From Sedimentisphaerales bacterium (GTDB taxonomy: Bacteria; Planctomycetota; Phycisphaerae; Sedimentisphaerales; Anaerobacaceae), in contig OY970194.1 of assembly GCA_963708075.1 (NCBI GenBank), forward strand, positions 256,001-320,000: DNA of 64,000 bases. Direction: 5' to 3'. The stretch's first letter is position 1. Each line of letters starts with the position of its first letter. The notes under the pieces are model-generated. The model was not told the DNA's origin. It made no database searches and was given only the letters and a program-made list of their open reading frames with translations. Below, piece after piece: positions 18,513 through 27,582 of this stretch. The position numbers and the translations under genes were made by a program.

Positions 18513-19871
18513 TCAGCGGAAGGACTGCACGCTACGAAGCGTTATGATAATATCGTCTGTGAAGGCCGGCAGGACGATTTTGTCGACCTGATGCAGTCCC
18601 TCGGATCGATGTTCCCGCGTACTGAGGACAGTGAGGTCGGCGGGCCGCTGGAAGGTGATGCGATAGCCGCCGGGGGGAAGGCGAATCTGGGCGGTCGCCC
18701 CCGTGACGGCTTGGCCGGTGGCTCGCGTGCACAGGTACAGGACCGCTGTCGAGCGGTCCGGGTGGGCCAGCGTCGCCCAGACGAGAGACGGGTCGTCAAC
18801 TGTCAGAGCGGTGTAGTTGGGATTCAGTTGCCAGAAGGGCAGGGCCCGGAGGAAATCCGCCATGGGCCGGAGGAACTCCTCGCCGGGGGCCTTGTAGTCC
18901 GTCGCGTCGATTCCCTCGCAGCCGTCCCACGAGTGCCACGTCCAGAAGCACCCGGCCGAGCACCATAACCAGCCCTGTTTTCGCCGGTGGACGCCGTCAT
19001 TGTTGCCGTGCCGATTCTCCCGGCCGGACTCGTTGCACCATGCGGGCTTGCCGTGCGACCGCGTGTTGCGGGCCAGCGCAAGGTACCAGTTCTTCAGGTC
19101 ATGACTTTCGCTGGACGAGGTGCAGGTGTGATTGATAGCCAGGTCCAGCCAAGTCCGGTCGGGCCAGGCGGCGTCATCGGTCGTGCCGTCGGAGGTGCAC
19201 ACGGGCCGGCCGTACGGGTCGTTCTCCCGGAAGTACTCCGCCACGGCCTTCTGAAACGCCTCGTTGCCGAGGTACTCGTTGGCGATCTCCCACGTCAGGA
19301 TGTTGGCGTATTTGCCGAGCCGCTGCAAGGTCTGGGCCCAGTATGGCCGCTGAGATTCGATCTGATCCGGCGAGAGCCTGAGCGTGCAGTAGAGCACGAC
19401 GTCGAAGCCGATGCCTTTCTCGCCGGCCATGCGAATCCGCCGCTCCACCTCATCCCAGTACGCTTCGTTGAACTGCGACCACACGGGTGCATCGCGGCTG
19501 CCTCCCCAAGGCCACAACTCGATCCCCGCTGTCTCGTAGTAGTATTGTCCCTCCAGGCTCACGCGAAGGACGTTGACTCCCTGCCGGCCGGCTCGGTCGA
19601 GCACCGCTTCCGGACGCTTGCAGCCAAAATAGAGCCAGGCGGTCTTATTGAGGATGAACAGATGCCGCCCCTCGGCATTGACGAGCTGAAAGGGGTAATT
19701 CGGATCGACCCGATAGGACGACGCCCAGGGCTCGGGGAACTTGACCAGGGTGTTCCCTCCCGCCGGCACATGAGCGGCGCTAGCGGCGGAGCACCCGACA
19801 CCGGCGAAGGCGACGAGAAGGACCCAGATGCGTACTGTAACTTCATGATTCATGATCTTCAGGGGATGCAT
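18513..19871 (-). CDS. Secreted glycoside-hydrolase-like protein (DUF4038/apiosidase-like TIM barrel + C-terminal beta domain)
   Basis: Signal peptide; FNEAYWDEVERRI, WEIANEY, GKPAWCNESG. Confidence 0.6.
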   Translation of the reverse strand: MHPLKIMNHEVTVRIWVLLVAFAGVGCSAASAAHVPAGGNTLVKFPEPWASSYRVDPNYPFQLVNAEGRHLFILNKTAWLYFGCKRPEAVLDRAGRQGVNVLRVSLEGQYYYETAGIELWPWGGSRDAPVWSQFNEAYWDEVERRIRMAGEKGIGFDVVLYCTLRLSPDQIESQRPYWAQTLQRLGKYANILTWEIANEYLGNEAFQKAVAEYFRENDPYGRPVCTSDGTTDDAAWPDRTWLDLAINHTCTSSSESHDLKNWYLALARNTRSHGKPAWCNESGRENRHGNNDGVHRRKQGWLWCSAGCFWTWHSWDGCEGIDATDYKAPGEEFLRPMADFLRALPFWQLNPNYTALTVDDPSLVWATLAHPDRSTAVLYLCTRATGQAVTGATAQIRLPPGGYRITFQRPADLTVLSTREHRSEGLHQVDKIVLPAFTDDIIITLRSVQSFR

Positions 19872-19886
19872 CGTGCTTCTCCGATC

Positions 19887-20972
19887 CTATGGTTGTCTGT
19901 TTACGTCAGGGTCCTTGCGATCATAACGTCCCTTGAACAGTTTGAGGAGTTGTTCCCGGGTTTGCGGGCGGCCCTCGTTGTCGAGAAAGACCCGCGTCCA
20001 GGGCGGCCGCGTGTTCGGGTCCACGAGAATCCCGTAAGCCTCGACGTTACGCACGTTCTGCTGGCCCAGCTTGGGGACCCAGAGCCCGCCGTACTTGCGA
20101 TCGAGTTGCGGCTTGAACGGCTGGAGCGAGAAGATCCGCCAGCCCGGCTTCTCGGCGGGGAGTTTGCTCAGCAGTTTGCCCTGTGCATCGACGGCATACG
20201 AGCCCCCGCGAAAGATGGTCATCACGATGGGCATCCCGCTGTCGAACGCGCGGGTCGGGACGATGTGGCCCATGTCGTCCGCGATGGATTGGTGCAGGAT
20301 CACGTGCGCGCCGAGCAATTCCTCGCAGCGGACAGTCTCCGGGAACCACATGTCCGAACAGATGCTGATGCCATACCTGACGCCGTCATACTCGATGGGC
20401 TTGAGTGACTCGCCCTGCGACCAGCCCCACCATGTCTGCTCGCCAAGATTGGCGTGTACCTTGCGATACTTGCCGACGAAGCGACCGTCGGGAGCCAGGA
20501 GGAACGAGCAGTTATAGAGCCTGTCGGCCTCCTTCTCGACCAGCCAGCCCAGGATGGCGGTCTGAGTCTCAGTCGTCAGCGCCTTGTACCGCGAATACCA
20601 CGATCCATCGCCGGGGACGAATTCGGCCAGGCCATTGATGATCTTCTCTTCGGGGTAGGGCCAGCCGGAGATGGCATACTCCGGAAAGACGATCAGATCG
20701 GGCTTGGCCTTCGCCGCCTCGCGGGCCAGCCCCGCAAACAGGTTGAAGTTAGCCTCGCAACCTGGATTGCCATTTCTGTCGTGCTCCGTTCCGGCCTGCA
20801 GTACGGCCACCTTCACGACCCTGTTAGGGTCATGATTTGCCTTCGCGCCATCGAACAGCACCGCACGTGAATCGGGGACACCAGCCGGCGACTCGGCCGG
20901 GCCACAGGTCCCGGTGCTCAGAGGTAATGCCAGCACGAAAACAATGCTGTGACACAAGGCTTGCAGATTCAT
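19887..20972 (-). CDS. Carbon-nitrogen hydrolase (nitrilase superfamily), exported
   Basis: LIVFPE, KYRKVH, ISICSD triad; signal peptide. Confidence 0.88.
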   Translation of the reverse strand: MNLQALCHSIVFVLALPLSTGTCGPAESPAGVPDSRAVLFDGAKANHDPNRVVKVAVLQAGTEHDRNGNPGCEANFNLFAGLAREAAKAKPDLIVFPEYAISGWPYPEEKIINGLAEFVPGDGSWYSRYKALTTETQTAILGWLVEKEADRLYNCSFLLAPDGRFVGKYRKVHANLGEQTWWGWSQGESLKPIEYDGVRYGISICSDMWFPETVRCEELLGAHVILHQSIADDMGHIVPTRAFDSGMPIVMTIFRGGSYAVDAQGKLLSKLPAEKPGWRIFSLQPFKPQLDRKYGGLWVPKLGQQNVRNVEAYGILVDPNTRPPWTRVFLDNEGRPQTREQLLKLFKGRYDRKDPDVNRQP

Positions 20973-22804
20973 AGCGTTTTGTCCGTAGGATCAGTTACTC
21001 TGCCCATGAACAGGATACTTCCCGTGTGATTCTCCTGGATGAGGAACAGGAAAGGATGATCGGCTCGGAACGTGGGCGGTTCTCTTGGAGGCCTGAATCC
21101 TCTTGATTTCGTTGACCCAATCATGGTTGTCGCGGCGGTAGCCTCAGTCCCTTCCTCGTTCACTTCCACGTACGCTTTCTGAATCACGGCACTGATGTGC
21201 AGATCAGGTTCGCCTGTCATTCCCGCAAGGTTGGCCTGCCACATCTTGAAGGCATCTGTCATGCCCATGACCTGGAGCGTCTGATCCAGTTGGTGCTGAG
21301 AAGTCATGGTGAACTTGGGCAGGAAGACCGCGACTTTTGTCTCCCTCAGTCCGGACCTCCACTCTGTCAGGTTTTCCGGGGACAGGCTTGCCTCCAGGTC
21401 ACTCAGGCCATCGATCTTGTCCGGCAGGAGCACGAGCATGGAGGTACTACCTCCGACGTACGCCAGTTCCAGGATCTGCAGTGACTTTGTCTGGCTGTAC
21501 CTGGCCTTCAGAGTGCCTGTCATCGTCGGCGCGTTCACCGACCTCGAAGTTGTGATATGAAACGGCAGGCTCCCTGTAAAGCGAGTGTTGAACGAGGTCT
21601 GCCACGAGCCTTTGAAGTAGATGGCATCGACCAGTATGAGCCTTGTAAGCTCATTCAGGGCGCTTGGCTCAAGGATATCCATGATCTTGCCGTTTGTCTT
21701 CTGCTCGACCCATTCATTGATGTTCTTGCACGCCTGCTGGCGGTCGCGGTAGTCAAGCGGGGTGACGGAAACGCCGTAGTGCTGCTTCACCAACGTCAGG
21801 TACTCCTGCAGGAGCGAGTATCCGTCCTGTACCCAGAGCGAATTGGCCATGCCTATTGTGATGTCGCCGGCCCTCTGCAGACTCGCCAAGTGTGCCTGTA
21901 GTTGGGCGAAGGCTGGATGCGGCTGATCCTGGTCTGGAGGGAAATGCAGGACCTGCGCCATCTGTTGCCGCGTGGCGTCTTTCGCTCCGGCGTACACCAT
22001 CGCCAGGGCCGTCGAAAGGCTGTACGGCGAGAAGAACAGATTCCCCTCCGCTTTGCGAAGCTGCTGGTAGAGGTCCAACGCAAACGTCGTGTTCCCCTGA
22101 ACAACCCCTCTGACTTGAGCAGGTGACGCCATGTCGGCCTTGGAAAGCCCCGGGAATCCGCTGCAGGGCGATCTGCCGGTCAGCCACAAGTAAGACACGC
22201 TGCCTATCAGAGCAGCGGCCCAGATGCCCGACAGGCACATGCTCACGCCGCCTAACCAGCTTGTGCCTGCCTGGAGTCGGCAGTTCCTGGGAGGCCGCCA
22301 GGCCAGGAATCCAAGAACAAGAGCAAAGATGCCCGACAGGATCAAACCCGGTAGGACGAACGGCATATAGGGTACGTTCTCAGGGGCTGCCCTGAGAGCC
22401 AGCGAGGCAAGAGGGATTGCCAGGCAAGCAGGTACCAGGAGTGCCAACGATGAGCCTGCCGCCAGACGTGAGATGGTCGTTCCGGCCATAGGACAGCTCT
22501 CGTGCGTGCCTCGCGCCAAACGCAGGACGCTGATCGCATTCACAGCGGCAATGCTGCCCAAGAGGGGATCCAGGCCGACGAGCAGAAGCACGCCCGCCAA
22601 TAGCACAAGCGGGGGCCCAACGAGTGTCCATGGTTCGGACATATCGGCCACAAGTACCGCGGTTGAGATGTAGAACGCAGCACCCAAGGCGCTCGATAGA
22701 ACAATCGCCCATGTGAGGCGGCGCAATGTCTTGATTCGCTTGTCGAGGCTTGATGCCGAGGGCATCGGGGCCGCACCTGCTCTGCTGTCAACGCAATCGG
22801 TCAT
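20969..22804 (-). CDS. Serpin with N-terminal multi-pass membrane domain
   Basis: NLFFSPYS, AIYFKGSW, EEGTEATAAT hinge, FRADHPFLFLI, ILFMGRVTDP; ~5 hydrophobic helices upstream; GAGGAG before ATG 22804. Confidence 0.9.
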   Translation of the reverse strand: MTDCVDSRAGAAPMPSASSLDKRIKTLRRLTWAIVLSSALGAAFYISTAVLVADMSEPWTLVGPPLVLLAGVLLLVGLDPLLGSIAAVNAISVLRLARGTHESCPMAGTTISRLAAGSSLALLVPACLAIPLASLALRAAPENVPYMPFVLPGLILSGIFALVLGFLAWRPPRNCRLQAGTSWLGGVSMCLSGIWAAALIGSVSYLWLTGRSPCSGFPGLSKADMASPAQVRGVVQGNTTFALDLYQQLRKAEGNLFFSPYSLSTALAMVYAGAKDATRQQMAQVLHFPPDQDQPHPAFAQLQAHLASLQRAGDITIGMANSLWVQDGYSLLQEYLTLVKQHYGVSVTPLDYRDRQQACKNINEWVEQKTNGKIMDILEPSALNELTRLILVDAIYFKGSWQTSFNTRFTGSLPFHITTSRSVNAPTMTGTLKARYSQTKSLQILELAYVGGSTSMLVLLPDKIDGLSDLEASLSPENLTEWRSGLRETKVAVFLPKFTMTSQHQLDQTLQVMGMTDAFKMWQANLAGMTGEPDLHISAVIQKAYVEVNEEGTEATAATTMIGSTKSRGFRPPREPPTFRADHPFLFLIQENHTGSILFMGRVTDPTDKTL

Positions 22805-22948
22805 GCCCATTCTCCTCGCCACATACAGAGTTTCATCCACCGGGGTCGTCCCTGCGAGGACATGATACCGGGAACCCAATCCGTTGTCATGCGGTTACGG
22901 ACCGCAAAATCCAGGTGGGGTATGCGTAAGAAGCCGCACACATTGTCG

Positions 22949-22976
22949 TTGCACGGGCGGGGGCCAATGCTATAAT
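22949..22976 (+). promoter_or_regulatory. Sigma70-like promoter with extended -10
   Basis: TTGCAC-N16-TATAAT with TG at -15/-14. Confidence 0.55.
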
Positions 22977-23126
22977 CGCTATTGAATGGAGCCGTGTGGC
23001 AGGCACGGGTCCTGGGTGTTCGGATCGAGTGTGGAGTTGAAGCAGTTCCATCAGTATGGGCGGTAAGCTGCCCATCTTGCCAACCTGAGAGCTGGCAGCT
23101 CACAACCGGATTCAGGAGATCGGCTC

Positions 23127-23507
23127 ATGTCTACACGGATTGTAGGGATGCATGTCGCAGCAGTCCTGGCTCTCCTCAGCACCGTTGCAGTAGCGCAACC
23201 GGTCTCGCCTTTCCCGCCGGGCACTCTCGTCACACCGGGGCCGACCGAGTTGGATAAGGCGTATCAGTATTCCACGATCGGTCAGGAATTGGCGTATGCC
23301 AAAATCAGGGAAAACGCAGGCGGCAAGCCGGACGGCGTAGCGCCAAATCCAAAGCCGCAGATCGGGGGCGGCTTTCCCTCTTCGCTGCTTCCCGCTCCCG
23401 CCAGGGTCAGTCCTCTGTCCTCGGCCTTCAATCCCGCTGTTTCGTCGCTTTGTCCGCCGCCATCCTGGCTCGCCGGCAGGCTGGAGGCCGCGGGATACAG
23501 ACTGTAG
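23127..23507 (+). CDS. Small secreted proline-rich hypothetical protein (possibly truncated)
   Basis: AGGAG RBS, signal peptide ending AVA-Q; low-complexity C-terminal half. Confidence 0.5.
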   Translation: MSTRIVGMHVAAVLALLSTVAVAQPVSPFPPGTLVTPGPTELDKAYQYSTIGQELAYAKIRENAGGKPDGVAPNPKPQIGGGFPSSLLPAPARVSPLSSAFNPAVSSLCPPPSWLAGRLEAAGYRL

Positions 23508-23734
23508 GCTGCCCCGGTCCGCCAATCGCGGCCTGACTTTCCGGGGCAGGGGAATAGGTTCCCCGGCAAGGTGCGGCTTACGATTCTTGCCGCAAATTGC
23601 TTGACCGGTGCCGTGCGAATTGCTAAAGGTGGTGACGCTGTGCTCGAAGGAATCGAGCGGATCCTGGTTCGGCGTGTCATACGAACCGCGGGTCACTGGC
23701 TGAAAAGGGCGGGATACATGATAAAGGTGCTGAT

Positions 23735-24457
23735 ATGACGATGGCGGGACAGTCCACGATACCGATACGGAGACCGGTGTTGCGACCGGCTGAGCAGGGC
23801 AGGCCGGTCGGGCCATTGGGAGAGCGGGTGCGCGAAGGGTTGCGCCAGTGGGCCACGGAAGTGCTGGCGTGCAAGCGCCTCATCGCGCTGTCCCTGGTCT
23901 GCATCGCGGTCGGCCTGGGCTTTGACTACGTCTGCGGCATGTACGTGCACACCATGAAGAGCGTGAAGGTGCCGGACCTCATTCTGGACCTCTTCGCACC
24001 CATCGATCTGAGCTTCCTTTTCATCTACGGCTATGTGTCCCTCATCGCTTCCATGTTCCTGTTCCCTATAGTGTTCCGCATGCGAACGATCCACGTAGTG
24101 GCGTTCCAGTTCAGTCTTCTTCTGGTCGTGCGGTCCCTGTTCATGATCTTCACGCACATGGAGACCCCGGCCGGCGCCGTCTCCGTGAACTATCCGTGGT
24201 TCTTCCGGAGCCTCTACTTCGAGAACGACATGTTCTTCTCGGGCCATACGGCCATGCCGTTCCTCGGCTTCTACCTGTTCCGGCGAAGCTGGCTGCGCTA
24301 CGCGTTTCTCGCCGGCTCCCTTGTGATGGGCTTCGTCGTCCTGGCGATGCACGTCCACTACAGCATCGACGTCCTGGCCGCGTTCTTCATGACCTACGGC
24401 TCCTACCGCATCGGCCACAGGGTTTTGCTGCGCCTGGACCCCGCCTATCGCGGGTAG
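23735..24457 (+). CDS. PAP2-superfamily membrane phosphotransferase, sphingomyelin/IPC synthase-like
   Basis: VPDLILD, NDMFFSGHT and HYSIDV motifs, ~6 TM. Confidence 0.8.
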   Translation: MTMAGQSTIPIRRPVLRPAEQGRPVGPLGERVREGLRQWATEVLACKRLIALSLVCIAVGLGFDYVCGMYVHTMKSVKVPDLILDLFAPIDLSFLFIYGYVSLIASMFLFPIVFRMRTIHVVAFQFSLLLVVRSLFMIFTHMETPAGAVSVNYPWFFRSLYFENDMFFSGHTAMPFLGFYLFRRSWLRYAFLAGSLVMGFVVLAMHVHYSIDVLAAFFMTYGSYRIGHRVLLRLDPAYRG

Positions 24458-24511
24458 CTGGTCCAAGAACTCATGGTGGAACGAAGTACGGGCGGGTGTC
24501 ACTCCCACATC

Positions 24512-24531
24512 ATTCCCGCGAAGGCGGGAAT
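24512..24531. repeat. ATTCCC-N8-GGGAAT palindromic repeat (dRS3/RPE-like)
   Basis: ATTCCCGCGAAGGCGGGAAT. Confidence 0.7.
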
Positions 24532-24575
24532 CCAGAAATCTATTGGATAGCCCGGTGGTTCCGGCCCTTCGGGCC

Positions 24576-24691
24576 GGGAGTTTTGCGCGTTGGGCCACCA
24601 GCATGATTGACGGCACGCATTGGCTGCAAAGGATGGCTTGAATCAGGCGGTAGCCTGAACCATGCTGGAGGCCGCAATGCGAAAAACTCCC
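24576..24691. repeat. Degenerate ~30-bp inverted repeat pair, possible decayed MITE
   Basis: GGGAGTTTTGCGCGTTGGGCCACCAGCATG ... CATGCTGGAGGCCGCAATGCGAAAAACTCCC. Confidence 0.5.
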
Positions 24692-24715
24692 CAAACGCGA
24701 TTCTTCGCGTTTGGG
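24690..24715. terminator. Hairpin between convergent genes, possible terminator
   Basis: CCCAAACGCGA-TTCT-TCGCGTTTGGG 11-bp stem. Confidence 0.4.
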
Positions 24716-24744
24716 TTCGAGCGGTCCGTCCCTCCCTATTTGAC

Positions 24745-25131
24745 CTATGATGTTGGCAAGTCCCATGCCTCCAGGGATTGGCCGCAGGTGCAGGACTTCT
24801 GATACCAGAAGATCTGAGCTCCGCAGCTCTTGCAGGACCATTGTTTCTCCTGCGCCCCCAGCCACGCCTGTTTGCCGTGCTGCTTGATATATTCCAGGTT
24901 CGGCTCCATGGTCCAGTGGTGCGGCCATTCGTCATGCATGAACGCGGAAAGATCCTTGCACGGGGCCTCGCCGCAAAAGCAGCAGAACTCGACGGTCTTC
25001 TCCCGCGAGCATCGTCGGAACCTGCATTTCGTTACTGTCTCATCGACCTGGTCGCTGCGGCAGCCGCCGCAATCCGTCGCCCCGCAAGCCCCGCAATAAA
25101 GCCCGCACGCACCATATTGTGACTTCTTCAT
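24745..25131 (-). CDS. Cys-rich DUF3795-like protein
   Basis: ACGLYCGAC..CGGC..CRFRRC..FCCFC...PC and C-terminal CxxC..C-x-C. Confidence 0.8.
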   Translation of the reverse strand: MKKSQYGACGLYCGACGATDCGGCRSDQVDETVTKCRFRRCSREKTVEFCCFCGEAPCKDLSAFMHDEWPHHWTMEPNLEYIKQHGKQAWLGAQEKQWSCKSCGAQIFWYQKSCTCGQSLEAWDLPTS

Positions 25132-25291
25132 AAGGCCCCTTCCACAAGGAGAAAGTCACGCGTATAGTTGACAAGGACATTCTGTCTTCTCTGCTGCACC
25201 AGCGCACGTAAACTACACGAGAGAGAATGCTTATGCAAGCGTAAGCGTAACACGACGCTTGCTTCTGACGACGACCTCGGGAGGGCGGCTG

Positions 25292-26635
25292 TCAGAGCCC
25301 TTGAAGGTGGAGGCGGGCGAGGAGGGCGGCGCCTTTGGTGGAGGAGTCCTGCTCGGGGACGTAGCGGGCGGGGCGCATCCACTTTTGTTTGGCGCGGATC
25401 AGGGCGGGGTTGAGGGCGCCGCCGGTGACGTGGATCGTGTCACGCAGAGGGATCTGGCGCTCGATCTCATCGAGGTGGTTCTTCTGGTATTGGCACAGGC
25501 CGCGGACGATGGCGGCGAGGATTTCCTCCCGGGTGGTGGTCTGGGTCAGGCCCTGTAACTCGGCCTTGAGCGGCTCCAGCGAGTAGCGCGAGCCCATCAG
25601 GTAGGGGACGCAGGTCACGCCGCTGTCACGGTCGAGCCAGGCATCGACGGCGCGAGGCAGGAAGTCGTTGTAGAAATCGTCGTCGGTCAGCTCGCTGCAG
25701 AAGACGCTCTTGAACCATTCGAGGGCCTTGCCGCCGGCGTTCATCACGTGCAGCGTCAGCCAGCGGCCGGGCAGGACGTGGGCGCGGATGTTGTAGTTGA
25801 GCGAAGGCAGGCAGCGGGGCAGGCAGACGAGGCTGATCTCGCACGTGCCGTTGACGTTGATGATGTCACCGGGGTCCCGGATGCCGACGGAGTAGGCGGC
25901 CAGCACGGCGTCGTTGCCGCCGATCAGCACGTCCGGCTCTCTTCTCAGGCCCAGCTCTTTGGCGAGCGACGGGCTGACCTTGCCGACACTCTGCCAGGCG
26001 GGCACAATCTGCGGCAGCCTGTCGAGCGACAAATCAAAGACGCGGGCGATCTCCTCATTCCATGTGAGATCGTTTCGCGTCGTGTTGTACAGGGCGGTGA
26101 GCGAGGCGGAGGATGGATCGATGGCGTAAGCGCCGGTGAGCCAGTGGGCGAGGTAGGTGTTCGAGTGGCCGAACTTGTGGGTTTTGCGGAACAGGTCCGG
26201 ATGGTTCTCCTGGAGCCAGAGGATGCCGGCGAGCGAGCAGCCGCCTGCGACGGGCATATTCGCGGTGATTTCGAGCAGGCGGTCCAGGCCGATCGTGTCG
26301 ATGATTCTCCGGGCCTGGCTGCGGGAGCGCTGATCGAGCATGAGGATCGCCGGGTACAGGGCCGTGCCGTCGGCGGCCATAGCGGTCAGACCCGGCGTCG
26401 TGCCCGACAGGGAGATCACTTCCACGTCGCGGACGAGGTCCTCCATGGCCCGGCATCCGGCGATGAACGCCTCCTTCCACTTGTGTTGCTCGATATCGCC
26501 GCACAGGCCGTCGTTGTACACGTTGATCGCGTAGCCCTGCGAGAATTGGCGGACGGGTTCCAGAGCATCATCGGTCAGGCGGAAGACGCCCATCTTCATG
26601 CTCGTCGTGCCGATATCCACGCCCAGGACCAACAT
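25292..26635 (-). CDS. FGGY-family carbohydrate kinase (xylulokinase-like)
   Basis: LGVDIGTTSMK, DPSSASLT, GGNDA, PYLMGSR, VTGGA. Confidence 0.9.
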   Translation of the reverse strand: MLVLGVDIGTTSMKMGVFRLTDDALEPVRQFSQGYAINVYNDGLCGDIEQHKWKEAFIAGCRAMEDLVRDVEVISLSGTTPGLTAMAADGTALYPAILMLDQRSRSQARRIIDTIGLDRLLEITANMPVAGGCSLAGILWLQENHPDLFRKTHKFGHSNTYLAHWLTGAYAIDPSSASLTALYNTTRNDLTWNEEIARVFDLSLDRLPQIVPAWQSVGKVSPSLAKELGLRREPDVLIGGNDAVLAAYSVGIRDPGDIINVNGTCEISLVCLPRCLPSLNYNIRAHVLPGRWLTLHVMNAGGKALEWFKSVFCSELTDDDFYNDFLPRAVDAWLDRDSGVTCVPYLMGSRYSLEPLKAELQGLTQTTTREEILAAIVRGLCQYQKNHLDEIERQIPLRDTIHVTGGALNPALIRAKQKWMRPARYVPEQDSSTKGAALLARLHLQGL

Positions 26636-26654
26636 GATGTCCACTACTCCAACC

Positions 26655-27557
26655 TCAGGCGACCACAAAACCTTCCGCGATCAGGACCTGCCGGATCTGC
26701 GAAACGGCCTCATCCGGGACCGGCATCAGGGGCTCGCGGGGCCGGCCACCCTTGAGCCCGACGATATCCATGGCCGCCTTGACGCCCGCCACGCCCCAGG
26801 TTCCCGAGATCGCCTGGTTGAGCCGGATGAGCCCGGCGCTCATGTCCCTCGCCCGCTCATATTGGCCTTGCGTAAACAGCTCATAAAGCTCCACGCAGGC
26901 TTCCGGCACAACGTTGGCAAGCGAAAGGACCCCGCCTGTTACGCCCAGATGGAGCGACGAATAGAAGAAGCTCATCGAGCCGGCGAGGATGGAGAAATCG
27001 TCCTCGGGATTCACTTCGGCAAGGAATCGGGCGGGTCCCGCGGCCGAGGAGTCCTTCATGCCCGCGATATTCCTGTGCTTGGAAAGCTCGGCCACGGTCT
27101 TCGACGGGATCTGCACGCCCGCGGCAAACTGCGGGGCATTGTACAGCAGCACGGGCACCAGGACCGCCTCGGCGATCCTCTCGTAGTAGCGCACCAGCGC
27201 AGAGCCGTCCATCAGTTTGGGAAAGTAATGGGGAGTCAGGATGCTTGCGTAATCGAAACCCATCTGGGCGACGATATGCGATTTCTCGATGGTCTCTCTC
27301 GTCGATTCGCACCCCGTGCCGACCATCACGATCTTGTCACCCTTCTCCTGAGTGAAGACATCCAGGACCAGCAGTCGCTCCTCGTCCGTCAGGCTTTTGT
27401 ACTCGCCGTTGGAGCCGAGCGCGAGAAAGCCCGTGAGATTGGTCTTGCGAAGCCGGGCCAGGTTGTAGGCGAGGGCGTCGAGATCGGGCACATCGCCCAC
27501 GAACGGCGTGACGACCGGTGCAAACACGCCCGACAGCTTCTGCTTGTTGTCGTTCAT
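26655..27557 (-). CDS. Dihydrodipicolinate synthase family aldolase (2-keto-3-deoxy sugar-acid aldolase candidate)
   Basis: LGSNGE, LLYNAP, AGMKDSS; next to a dehydratase gene. Confidence 0.88.
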   Translation of the reverse strand: MNDNKQKLSGVFAPVVTPFVGDVPDLDALAYNLARLRKTNLTGFLALGSNGEYKSLTDEERLLVLDVFTQEKGDKIVMVGTGCESTRETIEKSHIVAQMGFDYASILTPHYFPKLMDGSALVRYYERIAEAVLVPVLLYNAPQFAAGVQIPSKTVAELSKHRNIAGMKDSSAAGPARFLAEVNPEDDFSILAGSMSFFYSSLHLGVTGGVLSLANVVPEACVELYELFTQGQYERARDMSAGLIRLNQAISGTWGVAGVKAAMDIVGLKGGRPREPLMPVPDEAVSQIRQVLIAEGFVVA

Positions 27558-27582
27558 GAGATTTCCTCACGCGTACACGCGA

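Noticed and set aside
20969..22804. Serpin as cognate inhibitor of the astacin protease at 699-2096
   Set aside because: Serpins trap serine/cysteine proteases, not zinc metalloproteases, and the genes are 19 kb apart
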